IMG/VR virus record: IMGVR_UViG_3300042934_000776
Coordinates: 1-63,160 of that record
Direction: 5' to 3' (one strand)
Source: a virus
Taxonomy: Duplodnaviria; Caudoviricetes
Length of the DNA stretch: 63,160 bases
The position numbers and the translations under genes were made by a program. The notes beneath the pieces were generated by a model. That model was not told the DNA's origin, did not search any database, and was given only the letters and a program-made list of their open reading frames with translations. Positions 7,984-18,290 of the stretch are shown piece after piece. How positions within the stretch are numbered: the stretch's first letter is position 1; each line of letters starts with the position of its first letter.

Positions 7984-9227
7984 CACTCCTCCTCGGGGGC
8001 GTCGGAGTCGGCGCGGGTTGCCGGCGTCAGGGTGACCTGGATCTTCTCGCCCTCCGCGGTCTCGATCACCTTCACGATGTCGATCTTCTGCTGCTGCGCG
8101 AGCGGCCGGTAGTTCAGCGTCGCGCGCAGCGGAACCTGCACGCCAGGCACCAGCGAGTTCAGCTGGATGTCCGGGTTCAGCAGGATCGACGAGCCGTCGG
8201 GGACGCGCACCTCGATCGGCGCCGGCGAGCGACCACTGAGGTTGCGGCTCGCCTGCGAGTCGAGCTCCGGCTGCGAGGGGGCCTCGTTGCCCTCCTCGTG
8301 GTAGATCGTGTACATCGTGGTCCACGGCCCGTAGAAGTCCAGGTTGCGCAGCTGCAGCGCCTGGCCGTACATGCCGTTCTGGCCGACCGAGTACGCCGCC
8401 TGCGTGTGATCGGCGCCGTACTCGGTGACGATCACGTCGCTCTCGAAGTCGTTCGCGGTCATCGTGCCGAGCACGCCAAGGTGCCGGGAGACATCCCAGA
8501 TCAGGAGCTTGCGACCGAGCACTGTGAAGTCGATGCCATTCTGCCGGGCGAGCGACTGCAGGTGCGCCCCCACGGTGGTCTCGTACGCCTCCGTGACCAT
8601 GGCGGTCTCGGCCTCGTTCGGGAAGTGGCGGACATCCAGGAACGGCAGCACGTTGATGGGTGGATCGAGCGCCTCGAATGCCTTCAGGGTGACCAGCCAG
8701 TGGTCACCGGCATCGACGATGGTCCAGCCCTCGTCGATCAGGCCCGGCACCTCGGCGTCGTTCTGCGGGTTCTTCGACACCTGCATGGTGCGGCCGTTGG
8801 CGAGCTCGTACTGGATGATCTTCTCGATGCGTCCAGTCACCGTGTCGACGTGCTCGACGCCGCCCTCGGTGGCGTTCGAGTAGCGCTGCGTCAGCGGCTG
8901 GTAGTTCAGGTAGGTCGAGACGTCCTTCGCGTGGATCTCGGCGTAGGTCGAGTGCGACGCGATCCGGTGGATCGGCCCTTCCCAGACGCGCTCGCGGCCG
9001 CGGAACAGAACGAGCTCGTGCCGGTGAGTCCGGGCCTGGTTGATGATGCTGGCGTTCTCGCTGCAGGACTCGCCCTCGAGCCGGATCATCCCCTCCGACG
9101 TGTTGTCTCGGACTCGTGACCAGACCACCTGCGAGAGGCTGGTGAGTTCGTCGATCCGACGCGCGCCACCGCGCTCATAGATGAACGCGGTGTGGTGTTC
9201 GACACAGGTGGCCTTGGCTTCCGCCAT
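7983..9227 (-). CDS. Minor tail protein (Tal/baseplate hub-like)
   Basis: Position in tail module; VWEGPI motif. Confidence 0.75.
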   Translation of the reverse strand: MAEAKATCVEHHTAFIYERGGARRIDELTSLSQVVWSRVRDNTSEGMIRLEGESCSENASIINQARTHRHELVLFRGRERVWEGPIHRIASHSTYAEIHAKDVSTYLNYQPLTQRYSNATEGGVEHVDTVTGRIEKIIQYELANGRTMQVSKNPQNDAEVPGLIDEGWTIVDAGDHWLVTLKAFEALDPPINVLPFLDVRHFPNEAETAMVTEAYETTVGAHLQSLARQNGIDFTVLGRKLLIWDVSRHLGVLGTMTANDFESDVIVTEYGADHTQAAYSVGQNGMYGQALQLRNLDFYGPWTTMYTIYHEEGNEAPSQPELDSQASRNLSGRSPAPIEVRVPDGSSILLNPDIQLNSLVPGVQVPLRATLNYRPLAQQQKIDIVKVIETAEGEKIQVTLTPATRADSDAPEEE

Positions 9228-9230
9228 AGC

Positions 9231-11354
9231 TCACATCCTTTGGGTGACGAGGATGCGGGTCTCGAGGTTTCCAGCCGGGGCATCCAGGGGCACGTCCAGA
9301 GTAACGACATACCCGATGCCGCAGCGGAGCTCAGGCCATGTCGCCGGCACGCCGCCGGTTCCGTACAGCAGTCGGTTCGCAGAGATCGGCGCGTTGCCGG
9401 CGACGGCCGCCGTGACGCGCTGCGTGACGCCGTCGAGCCGCATCTCGGTCAGTGGCGGGATGTAGGTCAGGATCTGCTCCGACTCCCAGCCATCCTCCAC
9501 GACCTCTTCCGGCGGCAGGCCGTTCGGGTTGCCGTAGTAGCGGATGCGCACCTGGCGTTCCGCTTCCACGCCCGTGCGCAGCACCAGGGTCGGCAGGGTC
9601 GAGGACCACTCCCGCACCTCGACCGACGGGATCGTCAGCACGTAACGGCGCCACGTTCCCGTCTCCTCGATGCAGTCGGAGAGGATCGTGGGCAGCGTCG
9701 GCGGGGTGGGCAGCGGCGGGCAGTCCGGGTCGGCCAGCAGGTCCACGAACTGCGGCGGGAGCTCGTTGCGCGCCGAGACCGACTCGTTCGGCAGACCCAG
9801 CCACTGGTAGTCAAACTCGTTGGTGTCGGGGGTGTTGCCGTCGAAGTAGGGGAACAGGGCGGCGAGCGACACCATGGCATCGTCGATGTCGAGTGTGTCG
9901 CCCGAGAGCCACTCGGACCACCCATCACCCTCGGTGTCGTAGACGCGGAAGCTCATCTTCGTCGCCAAGGACGGCGTGCGATCGGAGACCCAGACTCGAG
10001 TCCACCCCGTCGTGTCGTCCACGACGACCGGAACGCCGGTCGAGAGGCCCACGAAGACATCCGCATCATCCCACCACAGGATGTCCATCACCAGGCGCTG
10101 GGGGCGTGACGGGCGCACATGCACGCTGGCGACATAGGTGGCGTTCTCCTCCACGGGAACGAAGACCCCGACGTCGAGGGAGAGGTAGGCGTCAGGCCCG
10201 CTGCGATCTGCCAGGAACGTGTAGCGGCCGTAGAATCCGCCGGAGCGACCGCCGGTGACGCGCTGGATCGGAGCCTCGGCGCCGTACCACCCGCGAACCG
10301 GCACGCCTATGGCTCGTGATGCGGAGAGGTTCGCCGTGCCGAGCCATCCGAACGTGATGTCCGTGCGAGCCGGCGAGGCGCCGTCGAAGTAGTCGCCGGG
10401 GTTCGTGTTCGGGTTCGGCTGCTGAACCGGCGTCCAGTCCGACATCGGGCTCTGGTATGAGCCGAAGAACGCGCTCGCGCGCCACTGATAGATAGTGCCG
10501 GGGGAGAGGCCGGGGATGACGATGGGTGAGTTTGCCTGCTCGACTGCTGTGACCGAGCCGGACCCGACGCGCCGCTCGACGCGATACTTGGTGACGCCTG
10601 TCGCGCCGCCAGGCGGCGACAGGGCGATCGTCGCCGACGTCCCCGAGAGGGATGGCGTGATGGTCACGCCTGGAGGTGTGGCCGGGAGTGTTGCCTGCGA
10701 GGTCACTGCCGACCATGGGCCCCACCCCATCATGTTGCGGCCGCGTGAGCGAGCGAACTGATTGGTGCCCGGGGTTCGTCCCGTGTAGTTGTGGGATCCC
10801 GAGGTGGCATGGAAGCGCTCGGCCACGTTCTGCGTGAACGCGGAGTCCGTCGCCATCTGCGACTGCCACTCGAGGACCGGCGCGCCGCCGTCGCCCTGGT
10901 TCTGGAAGAGGTACGTCAGCGAGGTGGTGGTGATGCTGGTGAACCCGACAGGCGCCGGGGCGGGCGGGACCGTGGCGACCGCAGCCAGGCTGAGGGTCGC
11001 CGTGTGGGACTCGTTGACGTTTCCGTACGTCGTCCGCATCCGCACGGTGACGTTGATCGCCCCGGCGTGATACACGTGGATGTCGCCGTGGTGCTCCCAG
11101 CGCAGCTGCCCGTTCTGGTAGCCGCCAGGCAGGAAGGGGTTGCTGGATCGGACAACAGCCCCGGCGACGCCGTCGATCGTACCGACGTGCTCACCGGCGC
11201 CGTTGTACTGCGACCCGGTGGTGCCGCCCGGGCCGTTGTAAGCGCGCAGCACGATGTGGACGTTGGTGCCGCTGCTGTTGGATGCCGTCGCGTAGGCATC
11301 CATCCAGAACTGGGTGGCCGGCTGGGTCTTGTTCAGGGGGCCGATCGTTACCAT
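9231..11354 (-). CDS. Minor tail protein with FN3-like and carbohydrate-binding domains, Dit-like C-terminus
   Basis: FN3-type motifs (GLSPGTIYQWR, GWGPWS), YFDG...W.G..N.S motifs. Confidence 0.75.
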   Translation of the reverse strand: MVTIGPLNKTQPATQFWMDAYATASNSSGTNVHIVLRAYNGPGGTTGSQYNGAGEHVGTIDGVAGAVVRSSNPFLPGGYQNGQLRWEHHGDIHVYHAGAINVTVRMRTTYGNVNESHTATLSLAAVATVPPAPAPVGFTSITTTSLTYLFQNQGDGGAPVLEWQSQMATDSAFTQNVAERFHATSGSHNYTGRTPGTNQFARSRGRNMMGWGPWSAVTSQATLPATPPGVTITPSLSGTSATIALSPPGGATGVTKYRVERRVGSGSVTAVEQANSPIVIPGLSPGTIYQWRASAFFGSYQSPMSDWTPVQQPNPNTNPGDYFDGASPARTDITFGWLGTANLSASRAIGVPVRGWYGAEAPIQRVTGGRSGGFYGRYTFLADRSGPDAYLSLDVGVFVPVEENATYVASVHVRPSRPQRLVMDILWWDDADVFVGLSTGVPVVVDDTTGWTRVWVSDRTPSLATKMSFRVYDTEGDGWSEWLSGDTLDIDDAMVSLAALFPYFDGNTPDTNEFDYQWLGLPNESVSARNELPPQFVDLLADPDCPPLPTPPTLPTILSDCIEETGTWRRYVLTIPSVEVREWSSTLPTLVLRTGVEAERQVRIRYYGNPNGLPPEEVVEDGWESEQILTYIPPLTEMRLDGVTQRVTAAVAGNAPISANRLLYGTGGVPATWPELRCGIGYVVTLDVPLDAPAGNLETRILVTQRM

Positions 11355-11368
11355 GTCAGACCCTCCCC

Positions 11369-13879
11369 TTACGGCACCGTGATGGCGACAGCATCAGCAT
11401 AGAGGCGGATGTCCGAGTTGCTGGCGGGCGTGGCGTTCGAGGACCAATTGACCACCGCGGTGACGTAGATCCGAGCGATCGTCACGCCCGGCGGAATGCT
11501 GGTGGAGGGGGCGGTGAAGGCGTGGCCTGCGACGTCTGCTGCGGCAGTGACGGTCCCCATGTCCAGGACCAGGATGGGGTTCGGCCCCCCGTCGCCGAGT
11601 TCCACCTGTCCCCGCAGGCTGACGATCTGAGCGCCCGTGGCTCCACCCACCGAGACTGCGGCAGCCCAGATGCTGAACGACGGGCGCTCGTCTGGGTCGA
11701 TCGCGGCGACGTCCTGAGTCATGTAGATCTGCATGCGCGCCTGGCCGCTGGCTGACGTCGACCCGTTGCCGAGGATGCGGGCGCGCATCGACGCGACGCC
11801 GGCGGCAGCGAGCTCGCCCGTGACGCGGCCGCTGGTGAAGTAGGCGTCCGGGGCGCTGCCGGAGTTCAGGGCAACGGATGCCGCCCACTGCGTCGAGTTC
11901 GTCTCGAGACTCGGGTTCGTCGCATAGTTGGTCGCGACGGTGAACCCGGCCCCCTCCGTGAGCTCCATGCTGGGGAAGGGGAGCAGGTTGTAGGCGATGT
12001 CCTGCACCACGCCCGGCACGGTCGGCGGCAGGTCGAGCTCACGTGTCGCGCCGAACACCCATGGCACCTCCGCCAGCAGCGTGAACTCGACGAGGCGGCC
12101 GACATGGATGCCGTCCTTCGACTTGGCCTCTCGAATGGCGAACGGGCCGGAGATGCCGCGCACACTGTGCAGGTATCGGCGCCAGTTGTCGACGTGCGGG
12201 TAGTACGTCTCGTCGGGCTCGGGCCCGATGTAGAACGCACGCGACTCGTAGGTCGAGGTGGACGCATCTGCCGCGCCGGTCCAGCCATAGCGGTAGAGCG
12301 GCTCGAGGCCGCCCGTGCCAGGGTCATCCGGGGTATCACCGTCGAAGTAGCCACCCGTGTACACCCCTTCGACGATCAAGAAGTCGTCGAACCAGACGTC
12401 CCCATTGCCCGCCGACGCTCCGTTGTAGAGCGACAGGGTAGTCGCAGTTGTGATGGTGGTGCCGTCGATGGTGAACGTGATCCGCAGCGGGTAGACCCCC
12501 GCGGCGTTCGGGGCTTGGGCCACGACGTCGCCCGCACTGAGGGACAAAGAGCGGGCCCGGGCGTGCAGGGCCCCGGCTTGGGGCGCCACGAGCCGAGCGG
12601 TGGCGAGTGCCGTGTAGGTCTTGCCCGTCTCCAAGCCGAGGGTTGCCAGCGTCGAGAAGTACGTGGAGTTGGTCCCGGATCCCGTGGGGATGACGCGCAC
12701 GGAGGCTGCACGGCTCGCCGCCCACTGGGTGGACGACACCGCAGCGCACTGCTGAGCGCTCGCCGGCTGGCCAGCCACCTTGACGCCCCGGAGTACGCTC
12801 GCGCTGGCGTTCGCAGTGCCCACCCAGACGTAGTCCAGGTCAGAATCGGTCGTCGGGGACGCTCCGCTGAACCAGTCCCCCACGTCACCTCCGGCGGCGA
12901 TGAGAACTCGGTCGATCTCCACCCAGTCGCCGGCGACATGCCCGCCGGCGGTGGTGAGGACGATCCCGGTGTTCGTGACGGCGGACGTCGCAGCGGACTG
13001 GGTGGTCTCAAACCACTGCCACTCGCTCGTGATGGCGATCGGCGGTCCGTTGGTGCTACCCAGGCGGAGGTTGCCGGTGAGGGTCCGGTTCGCCCGGGCC
13101 CGGAGGAGGATCCGATAACTCTGGCCGACGACGAAGGCGGGGGTTCCGATGGTGCGGATGCCGACCGGCTGATCGGTCTCGATCGCCCAGTGGGGCACTC
13201 CTCCCACCTGGCTCAGTGTCGACTGCCCCGCCGTCGCGCTGAAAGCCGTGAGGCCCGTCGCCGCAGGGTCGGTGAACTGGTTCCGTCGCACCTCGGAGAA
13301 CGAGCCAGGAGTGATCGTCTCGAAGGACGGGTTGGTGATGAGGTTGGTCTGCAGGCCCCAGTCGGTGTAGTACGTGTGGTCACGGCGGCGCGGTGGGCAG
13401 TCCACGAAGAACGCCGAGTCCGCCTCGCCGCACGCCCCGCCGTGGATGCCGCAGGCGTTCGGCTCGAGCACGTTGCGCAGCCAGGTCATGCCCGCCTCGA
13501 GCGCGTCGCCACCCTTCGCGGTCAGCCAACCGCGGACCCGGACCTCGCGCGGTCCGTGGCGATACCCGGAGGTCACTGCCCCGTCGCCGGACTTCTGGGT
13601 GACGGTGGCCTGTCTGGTCGAGTCCGACAGGCCCGCGATCTCCACGCCATACAGCCCCAGGAACCGACCGGTCACATCCGGGTCGTCCGGGTCATACCAG
13701 GGGGCCTTCGAGATCTCGTCGTAGGTGTACGCGATCCCGTGCTCCTCGGCGTCCGAGATCGTGTCGCACTCCGGGTCCTCGAGCCACGTCGCCGGGCAGT
13801 CGGAGGTCTGGGCGTAGCCGTATGCCCGCGCGGAGTTGACGACCTCGTTGCCACCGACGGCAAGGTAGTGATCGAGCAC
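11369..13879 (-). CDS. Minor tail protein (distal-tail-like, with inserted CBM domains)
   Basis: Directly after the tape measure gene; NLITNPSFE/NPSLE CBM-type repeats. Confidence 0.75.
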   Translation of the reverse strand: MLDHYLAVGGNEVVNSARAYGYAQTSDCPATWLEDPECDTISDAEEHGIAYTYDEISKAPWYDPDDPDVTGRFLGLYGVEIAGLSDSTRQATVTQKSGDGAVTSGYRHGPREVRVRGWLTAKGGDALEAGMTWLRNVLEPNACGIHGGACGEADSAFFVDCPPRRRDHTYYTDWGLQTNLITNPSFETITPGSFSEVRRNQFTDPAATGLTAFSATAGQSTLSQVGGVPHWAIETDQPVGIRTIGTPAFVVGQSYRILLRARANRTLTGNLRLGSTNGPPIAITSEWQWFETTQSAATSAVTNTGIVLTTAGGHVAGDWVEIDRVLIAAGGDVGDWFSGASPTTDSDLDYVWVGTANASASVLRGVKVAGQPASAQQCAAVSSTQWAASRAASVRVIPTGSGTNSTYFSTLATLGLETGKTYTALATARLVAPQAGALHARARSLSLSAGDVVAQAPNAAGVYPLRITFTIDGTTITTATTLSLYNGASAGNGDVWFDDFLIVEGVYTGGYFDGDTPDDPGTGGLEPLYRYGWTGAADASTSTYESRAFYIGPEPDETYYPHVDNWRRYLHSVRGISGPFAIREAKSKDGIHVGRLVEFTLLAEVPWVFGATRELDLPPTVPGVVQDIAYNLLPFPSMELTEGAGFTVATNYATNPSLETNSTQWAASVALNSGSAPDAYFTSGRVTGELAAAGVASMRARILGNGSTSASGQARMQIYMTQDVAAIDPDERPSFSIWAAAVSVGGATGAQIVSLRGQVELGDGGPNPILVLDMGTVTAAADVAGHAFTAPSTSIPPGVTIARIYVTAVVNWSSNATPASNSDIRLYADAVAITVP

Positions 13880-13889
13880 CTAGTGCCTC

Positions 13890-16646
13890 CTATCCGGCAG
13901 CCCGTTCGGCCAGTCGAGTCAGAACCTCGTTGGCAGTCCGGCGTGGGTCGCCCGACCGGTCCTCGACCACGATAGCGCCCGGCGCGATCGTGGTGACGTT
14001 GTCGCCGCCGGTGCGGATCTCGCGAGCGATCTCCCGGACCTCCGGGTTGATCCGACTCAGCGGCCGCCGCAGCGGCACGATGAGCTCCGGGCCGTCCTCA
14101 CCGGCGAGCGTCGGCCCCCGGGTGATCATGCCCGCAGCAGCGCGCGGCAGACCGGGGATGCTGGGGATCTTCAGGTCCACCAGGCCGCCCGTCAGGTCGC
14201 GGATGGCGCGGAGTCCCGCGTTGATCTTGCTGATCAGCGAGTTGACCAGGCTGATGACCGAGTTGACGGCGCCGGCGACGGTGGAGACGATGCCGCTCCA
14301 CACGCTCGAGACGATGCCGCCGAGCCCCGACCAGAAGCCGTTCCACGCGCCGGCGAGGCCGCCGAGTCCCTGGGTGATCGTGGACACGATTCGGTTCCAG
14401 CCGACTGCGACGGTGATGCCGACCATGGTCCAGAAGTTGTTCCAGCCGGCGACGACGCCGCCCCACCAGCCCTCGACGTTGCTCTTGATCGTGGCGAGGT
14501 TCTCGCCCCAGCGGGTGACGATCTGGTCGAGCCAGCCGCCCGTGTCGCCGGTGATCTGCGCCAGGAAGCCGTTCCACCCGGCAATGAAGCCAGCGGTCCA
14601 GGCGGGCAGCGTGGCATCCCGGAAGGTGGTCAGGATCGAACCCCAGCCGTTGACGAGCTCTGTCAGCCACGGGCCGAACTGCTCGTCGAGCCACTGCTTG
14701 AACTGGCCGATCCCGGCGCCGGTGTAGTCGCCGGGAGCGAAGATCTGGTCCCAGCCCTGGTTCCAGACCCCCTCCTGGCTGCTGATCATGTCGGAGATCA
14801 TGGTGGTCAGCAGCGCGCCGATCGCACCGATCGCGGCGCCGACCGGACCACCGAAGACGAAGCCGGCGGTCAGGCCGCCGACGAGCCCGGTGACCACGTC
14901 CTGGCCCGCGACCTCGCCATCCGTGACGCCCGGCAGAGAAGCCAGGACGCCCGCGGCGAGACCCGCGACTGCACCCTTCCAGGTGGGTGCCTTCTTCGTG
15001 ATGTCGTCGAACTTGCCGATGACGTCGGTGAGCACGCCCGATAGTCCGGCGATGCCGTTGACGCCCTTGACGGCCAGGAAGCCGGCGGCGATGGCCACGA
15101 GCCCTGCAGCGATGGCGTCCGGGTTCTGCCGCATGAAGTCGGCGAGACCCTGCACCAGAGGCGCGAGCGCGTCCGCGACGGCCTTGACGACGGGACCCAG
15201 GGTCTCGATCCCGCTGGAGAGGATGTCGCGCACGCCCGCGGCGAGGTCGATCATCGGCTGCCGTAGCGGCTCGAGCGCCTCCCCGAAGGTGCCCAGCGCA
15301 TCCGCGATGACGCCGAAGATGTCGAGCTCGCTCGCGAATTCGAGGATGCCGGCGCCGCCAGTGGCGATGAACCGCTCGATGTTGCCAAAGAAGTCGACGA
15401 GCCGGTCGACGGACTCCGGGGTGACGAGGTCGTTGAGCATCCGGGCCGTGGTGTCGAGCAGGGGGGCGAGTGCCCCGAAGATGCGGATGCCGTTGCCGAT
15501 CCACTCGTCGAACCCGGGTCCGTTGACGAAGGTCTCGAAGCGGTCGATGAGGGTGTCGAGGTAGCCGAGCAGCCCGTCGAGCGCCCGCTGGAAGGTGGGG
15601 TTGTTGAAGGCGGACAGGAGGGCCCGTCCCAGCTGCCCGACGGAGCGGACGACCCGGTCGAAGACGCTCGCCGAGGAGCGCACGAAGCCCGAGAGATCCT
15701 TGAACGCCTTCGTGCCCGGCTTGAGCTCGGTGGCCAGATCCTCGAGCAGCCGGCCGACGACGCGGCCGACCTCCTCGAAGTCGGGGGTGAGCGCGCGCAC
15801 CGTGGAGCCGAGCGAGCGCCACGCGCCCTCCGACCGGGCGAAGGCAGCGATCGACATGGCCCGGCCGAGCTCGCGGAACGAGTCCTTCAGGTCGTCGAGC
15901 CCGGCCCGTGCTGGGCGGAGCTCCGCTGGCAGGCCGTCGATGTCGCCCATGAGGACGGTCAGCGCCGAGATGGTGCCGATCAGGCCGATGCCGAGCGAGG
16001 CGACCGCACCGCCGAGCACCAGCAACCCGGACCCGGCGGCCGAGCTCAGCACCGCCAGCGAGGGGATCAGGTTGATGAACAGGCCGACGTAGAAGATGCC
16101 CTGGCGCAGCCCGTGGGTCATGCCGCGCCAGCGGTCGTTGAGTCCGCTGATCACCGAGCCGAGACCGCGGCCGCCGTCGCTGGCGTCCGCGAAGAACGAA
16201 CGCACCCGGCCCTGGACGCCGCGGAAGCTGTCGCCCAGCCGGTCGGCGGCCGCGCGGAGGCGGCCGGTGCTGTCGGTGGCCCTGTCGGCGGCTTCCCGGG
16301 TCTCGTGCATGACGAAGACGCCGCGCTCCGCAGCTTCTGCGAACTGGCGGGCAGGCCCGGCGTCGAGCGCTCGGCGGATGGATGCCCCGGCGTCGCCGAG
16401 AGCGGCCTGGAAGCGGCCGCGGAAGGCCGCACCCATCCGGTCGGCGAGGCGCCGGCCGAGGAGCTCGCCGAGGTCGTTGATCTGGGAGTCGGAGCCGAGC
16501 CCCTGCGCGAACGAGCGAGAGGCCCGGCGAGCGGCGGCCTGGCCGAGAGCCTGACCGATCCGATCGCCGAGCCTCTTCGCTTCGCTGGGGAGGAGGGTGC
16601 CGTCGATACCCGCGATCCAGTCGACTCGACCGACCGTCGTGCTCAT
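13890..16646 (-). CDS. Tape measure protein
   Basis: 918 aa, Ala/Gly-rich helical, periodic Trp repeats, C-terminal GEDGPELIVPL. Confidence 0.9.
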   Translation of the reverse strand: MSTTVGRVDWIAGIDGTLLPSEAKRLGDRIGQALGQAAARRASRSFAQGLGSDSQINDLGELLGRRLADRMGAAFRGRFQAALGDAGASIRRALDAGPARQFAEAAERGVFVMHETREAADRATDSTGRLRAAADRLGDSFRGVQGRVRSFFADASDGGRGLGSVISGLNDRWRGMTHGLRQGIFYVGLFINLIPSLAVLSSAAGSGLLVLGGAVASLGIGLIGTISALTVLMGDIDGLPAELRPARAGLDDLKDSFRELGRAMSIAAFARSEGAWRSLGSTVRALTPDFEEVGRVVGRLLEDLATELKPGTKAFKDLSGFVRSSASVFDRVVRSVGQLGRALLSAFNNPTFQRALDGLLGYLDTLIDRFETFVNGPGFDEWIGNGIRIFGALAPLLDTTARMLNDLVTPESVDRLVDFFGNIERFIATGGAGILEFASELDIFGVIADALGTFGEALEPLRQPMIDLAAGVRDILSSGIETLGPVVKAVADALAPLVQGLADFMRQNPDAIAAGLVAIAAGFLAVKGVNGIAGLSGVLTDVIGKFDDITKKAPTWKGAVAGLAAGVLASLPGVTDGEVAGQDVVTGLVGGLTAGFVFGGPVGAAIGAIGALLTTMISDMISSQEGVWNQGWDQIFAPGDYTGAGIGQFKQWLDEQFGPWLTELVNGWGSILTTFRDATLPAWTAGFIAGWNGFLAQITGDTGGWLDQIVTRWGENLATIKSNVEGWWGGVVAGWNNFWTMVGITVAVGWNRIVSTITQGLGGLAGAWNGFWSGLGGIVSSVWSGIVSTVAGAVNSVISLVNSLISKINAGLRAIRDLTGGLVDLKIPSIPGLPRAAAGMITRGPTLAGEDGPELIVPLRRPLSRINPEVREIAREIRTGGDNVTTIAPGAIVVEDRSGDPRRTANEVLTRLAERAAG

Positions 16647-16671
16647 GGACCCCTCCTCGCGGGCTCAGGGC

Positions 16672-16950
16672 CTACATCGCCGCGCCGAACTCGGCAAGCT
16701 CATCCTCGACGACCCTCGCGGACACTCTATCCGGGTCCGCCCCTGAAAGTGGAGCGATGATCGCCTCGTAGAACTTGGCGTGCTCCTTCGGGTCGTCGAT
16801 GTCCTTCGTGAACCAGGCGTAGACGAGGGTCAGAAAGCGTCCGAGGGGAAGCTCGAGGGGGTTGACACCGGCGAGTGCACACGCCCCGTCGATCTCCCAC
16901 CAGTTGTTGGCTGCTCCGGCGATGAGTCGGACGACGGCTGGGTAGGAAAA
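16672..16950 (-). CDS. Tail assembly chaperone, frameshifted (gpGT-like) extension
   Basis: Open -1 frame SYPAVVRL...WWEIDG...LPLGRFLTLVYAW...AAM* with no ATG of its own; shift near GAT TTT CCT ACC. Confidence 0.65.
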   Translation of the reverse strand, partial: FSYPAVVRLIAGAANNWWEIDGACALAGVNPLELPLGRFLTLVYAWFTKDIDDPKEHAKFYEAIIAPLSGADPDRVSARVVEDELAEFGAAM

Positions 16951-17357
16951 TCTGACCAGTACCCCACCATCTGACCCAGGAAGTCCATCAGGAACTCAAG
17001 CGGGATGCGCTGCTCCAGCGGGCCGGTGAGGCGATTGCGCAGCTTCAGGTACTCGCCAGTGCCGAGCTCCTGTTCGTGCGACTGGGCGCCTGGCTTCGGT
17101 GGGTTGTGCAGCAGTATGTCGCGGAGGCAGGCATCCACCTCAGATGCGGCATTCTCGGGGCGCGAGCTCGCGCCGAATGCGGTCGCCATCAGGAACAGGC
17201 GCTCTTCGGTGGGGCGAGTAAACGTGTACGCCTCCGAAAAGGTGACCTCGCCAGTGTCGTCGTCTCTTGTATCGAGGTTGATGCGCGCCTGCTGATTGAG
17301 GCGCTCCTTCTCTGCTCTGCGGCTCACGTGTGCGGTGAACGTCTGGGGCATGCTCAT
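16830..17357 (-). CDS. Tail assembly chaperone (gpG-like)
   Basis: Upstream of the tape measure gene; WSDFPTQPSS motif; RBS GGAAGGAG. Confidence 0.8.
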   Translation of the reverse strand: MSMPQTFTAHVSRRAEKERLNQQARINLDTRDDDTGEVTFSEAYTFTRPTEERLFLMATAFGASSRPENAASEVDACLRDILLHNPPKPGAQSHEQELGTGEYLKLRNRLTGPLEQRIPLEFLMDFLGQMVGYWSDFPTQPSSDSSPEQPTTGGRSTGRVHSPVSTPSSFPSDAF

Positions 17358-17400
17358 GCCGACTCCTTCCGTATAACGGCAGGATCAGGCTAGCACCGGC

Positions 17401-17814
17401 TCAGTAGCGACGCGCCACCAGTTCGCCCGCGCGGCGCAGCCATGGGTTGGGCTTCTGACCACGGACCCGCTTGCGGATCAGTGTCGGATAGCCGCCGCCG
17501 GCGGGCAGTCGCATCGCCCTCTTCGTCCGCGGGCGGATCCAGCCGCGGCCCTCGTTCGCCGTGCCGTCATGCACCCAGCGGGCGTGGCGCGCGTCGGCGA
17601 GGATGTTGAAGCCCTTGCGGAAGCGGCCGGTGAAGATGTCTCGGTTCTGGAAGACTTTGTGGCTGCGCTTCAGTCGGCCGGTGGTCCCTTGCGGGGCGTA
17701 GATCACGGCATAGCGGCGGATCTCCCACGCCCGGTCGCGGGTCCAGGTGGCGCCGTCGCCGATCTGGATCATGCGAACGATGTTCGACTCGTAGACGATC
17801 GCGATGTACGCCAT
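17401..17814 (-). CDS. Neck/tail-completion protein (HK97 gp10-like)
   Basis: AP..TGRLKRS, ARWVHDGT, GQKPNPWL motifs. Confidence 0.75.
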   Translation of the reverse strand: MAYIAIVYESNIVRMIQIGDGATWTRDRAWEIRRYAVIYAPQGTTGRLKRSHKVFQNRDIFTGRFRKGFNILADARHARWVHDGTANEGRGWIRPRTKRAMRLPAGGGYPTLIRKRVRGQKPNPWLRRAGELVARRY

Positions 17815-18290
17815 CAGAACGCTTCCTGGATCGTGAGGAGCCACTCACCGCCAGCGACCGAGTCCTCCTCGATGGGCGTGTACTCGCCCATCAGGTACTG
17901 GACATCCTCGAACTTCTCGCGGAAGCAGCAGCGGATCGCCTTGCGGATCGCGGCGATGTCGTCGAGCACCTGCTCGCTGATCCGGGCCACATCCGCCGGG
18001 TCGATATTGCCGTCGTTGTCCATCTGCGGCGCTGGGCGCAGTACGCCGACGGCCACCTGGTAGGCGAGCAGGCTCACGCACCCCTCGGTGATGTCCGGCG
18101 TCGGGAAGTTGACCGACGGGTAGGCGGTGATCAGCCGGACGTAGCCGACGCCCTCGCAGTCGCCGACGTAGTCGATGGGGATTCCCATGCCTGCGATCAA
18201 GCCGCAGAAGCAGAGCTCGGTCTGGTCGAGCTCTGCGCACAGACAGGCGGCGAGCTCGCCCATGACGGGCTTGATGACCGTGTCGGCCAT
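17814..18290 (-). CDS. Tail terminator-like protein
   Basis: Cys-rich; gene order; TGATG coupling. Confidence 0.65.
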   Translation of the reverse strand: MADTVIKPVMGELAACLCAELDQTELCFCGLIAGMGIPIDYVGDCEGVGYVRLITAYPSVNFPTPDITEGCVSLLAYQVAVGVLRPAPQMDNDGNIDPADVARISEQVLDDIAAIRKAIRCCFREKFEDVQYLMGEYTPIEEDSVAGGEWLLTIQEAF

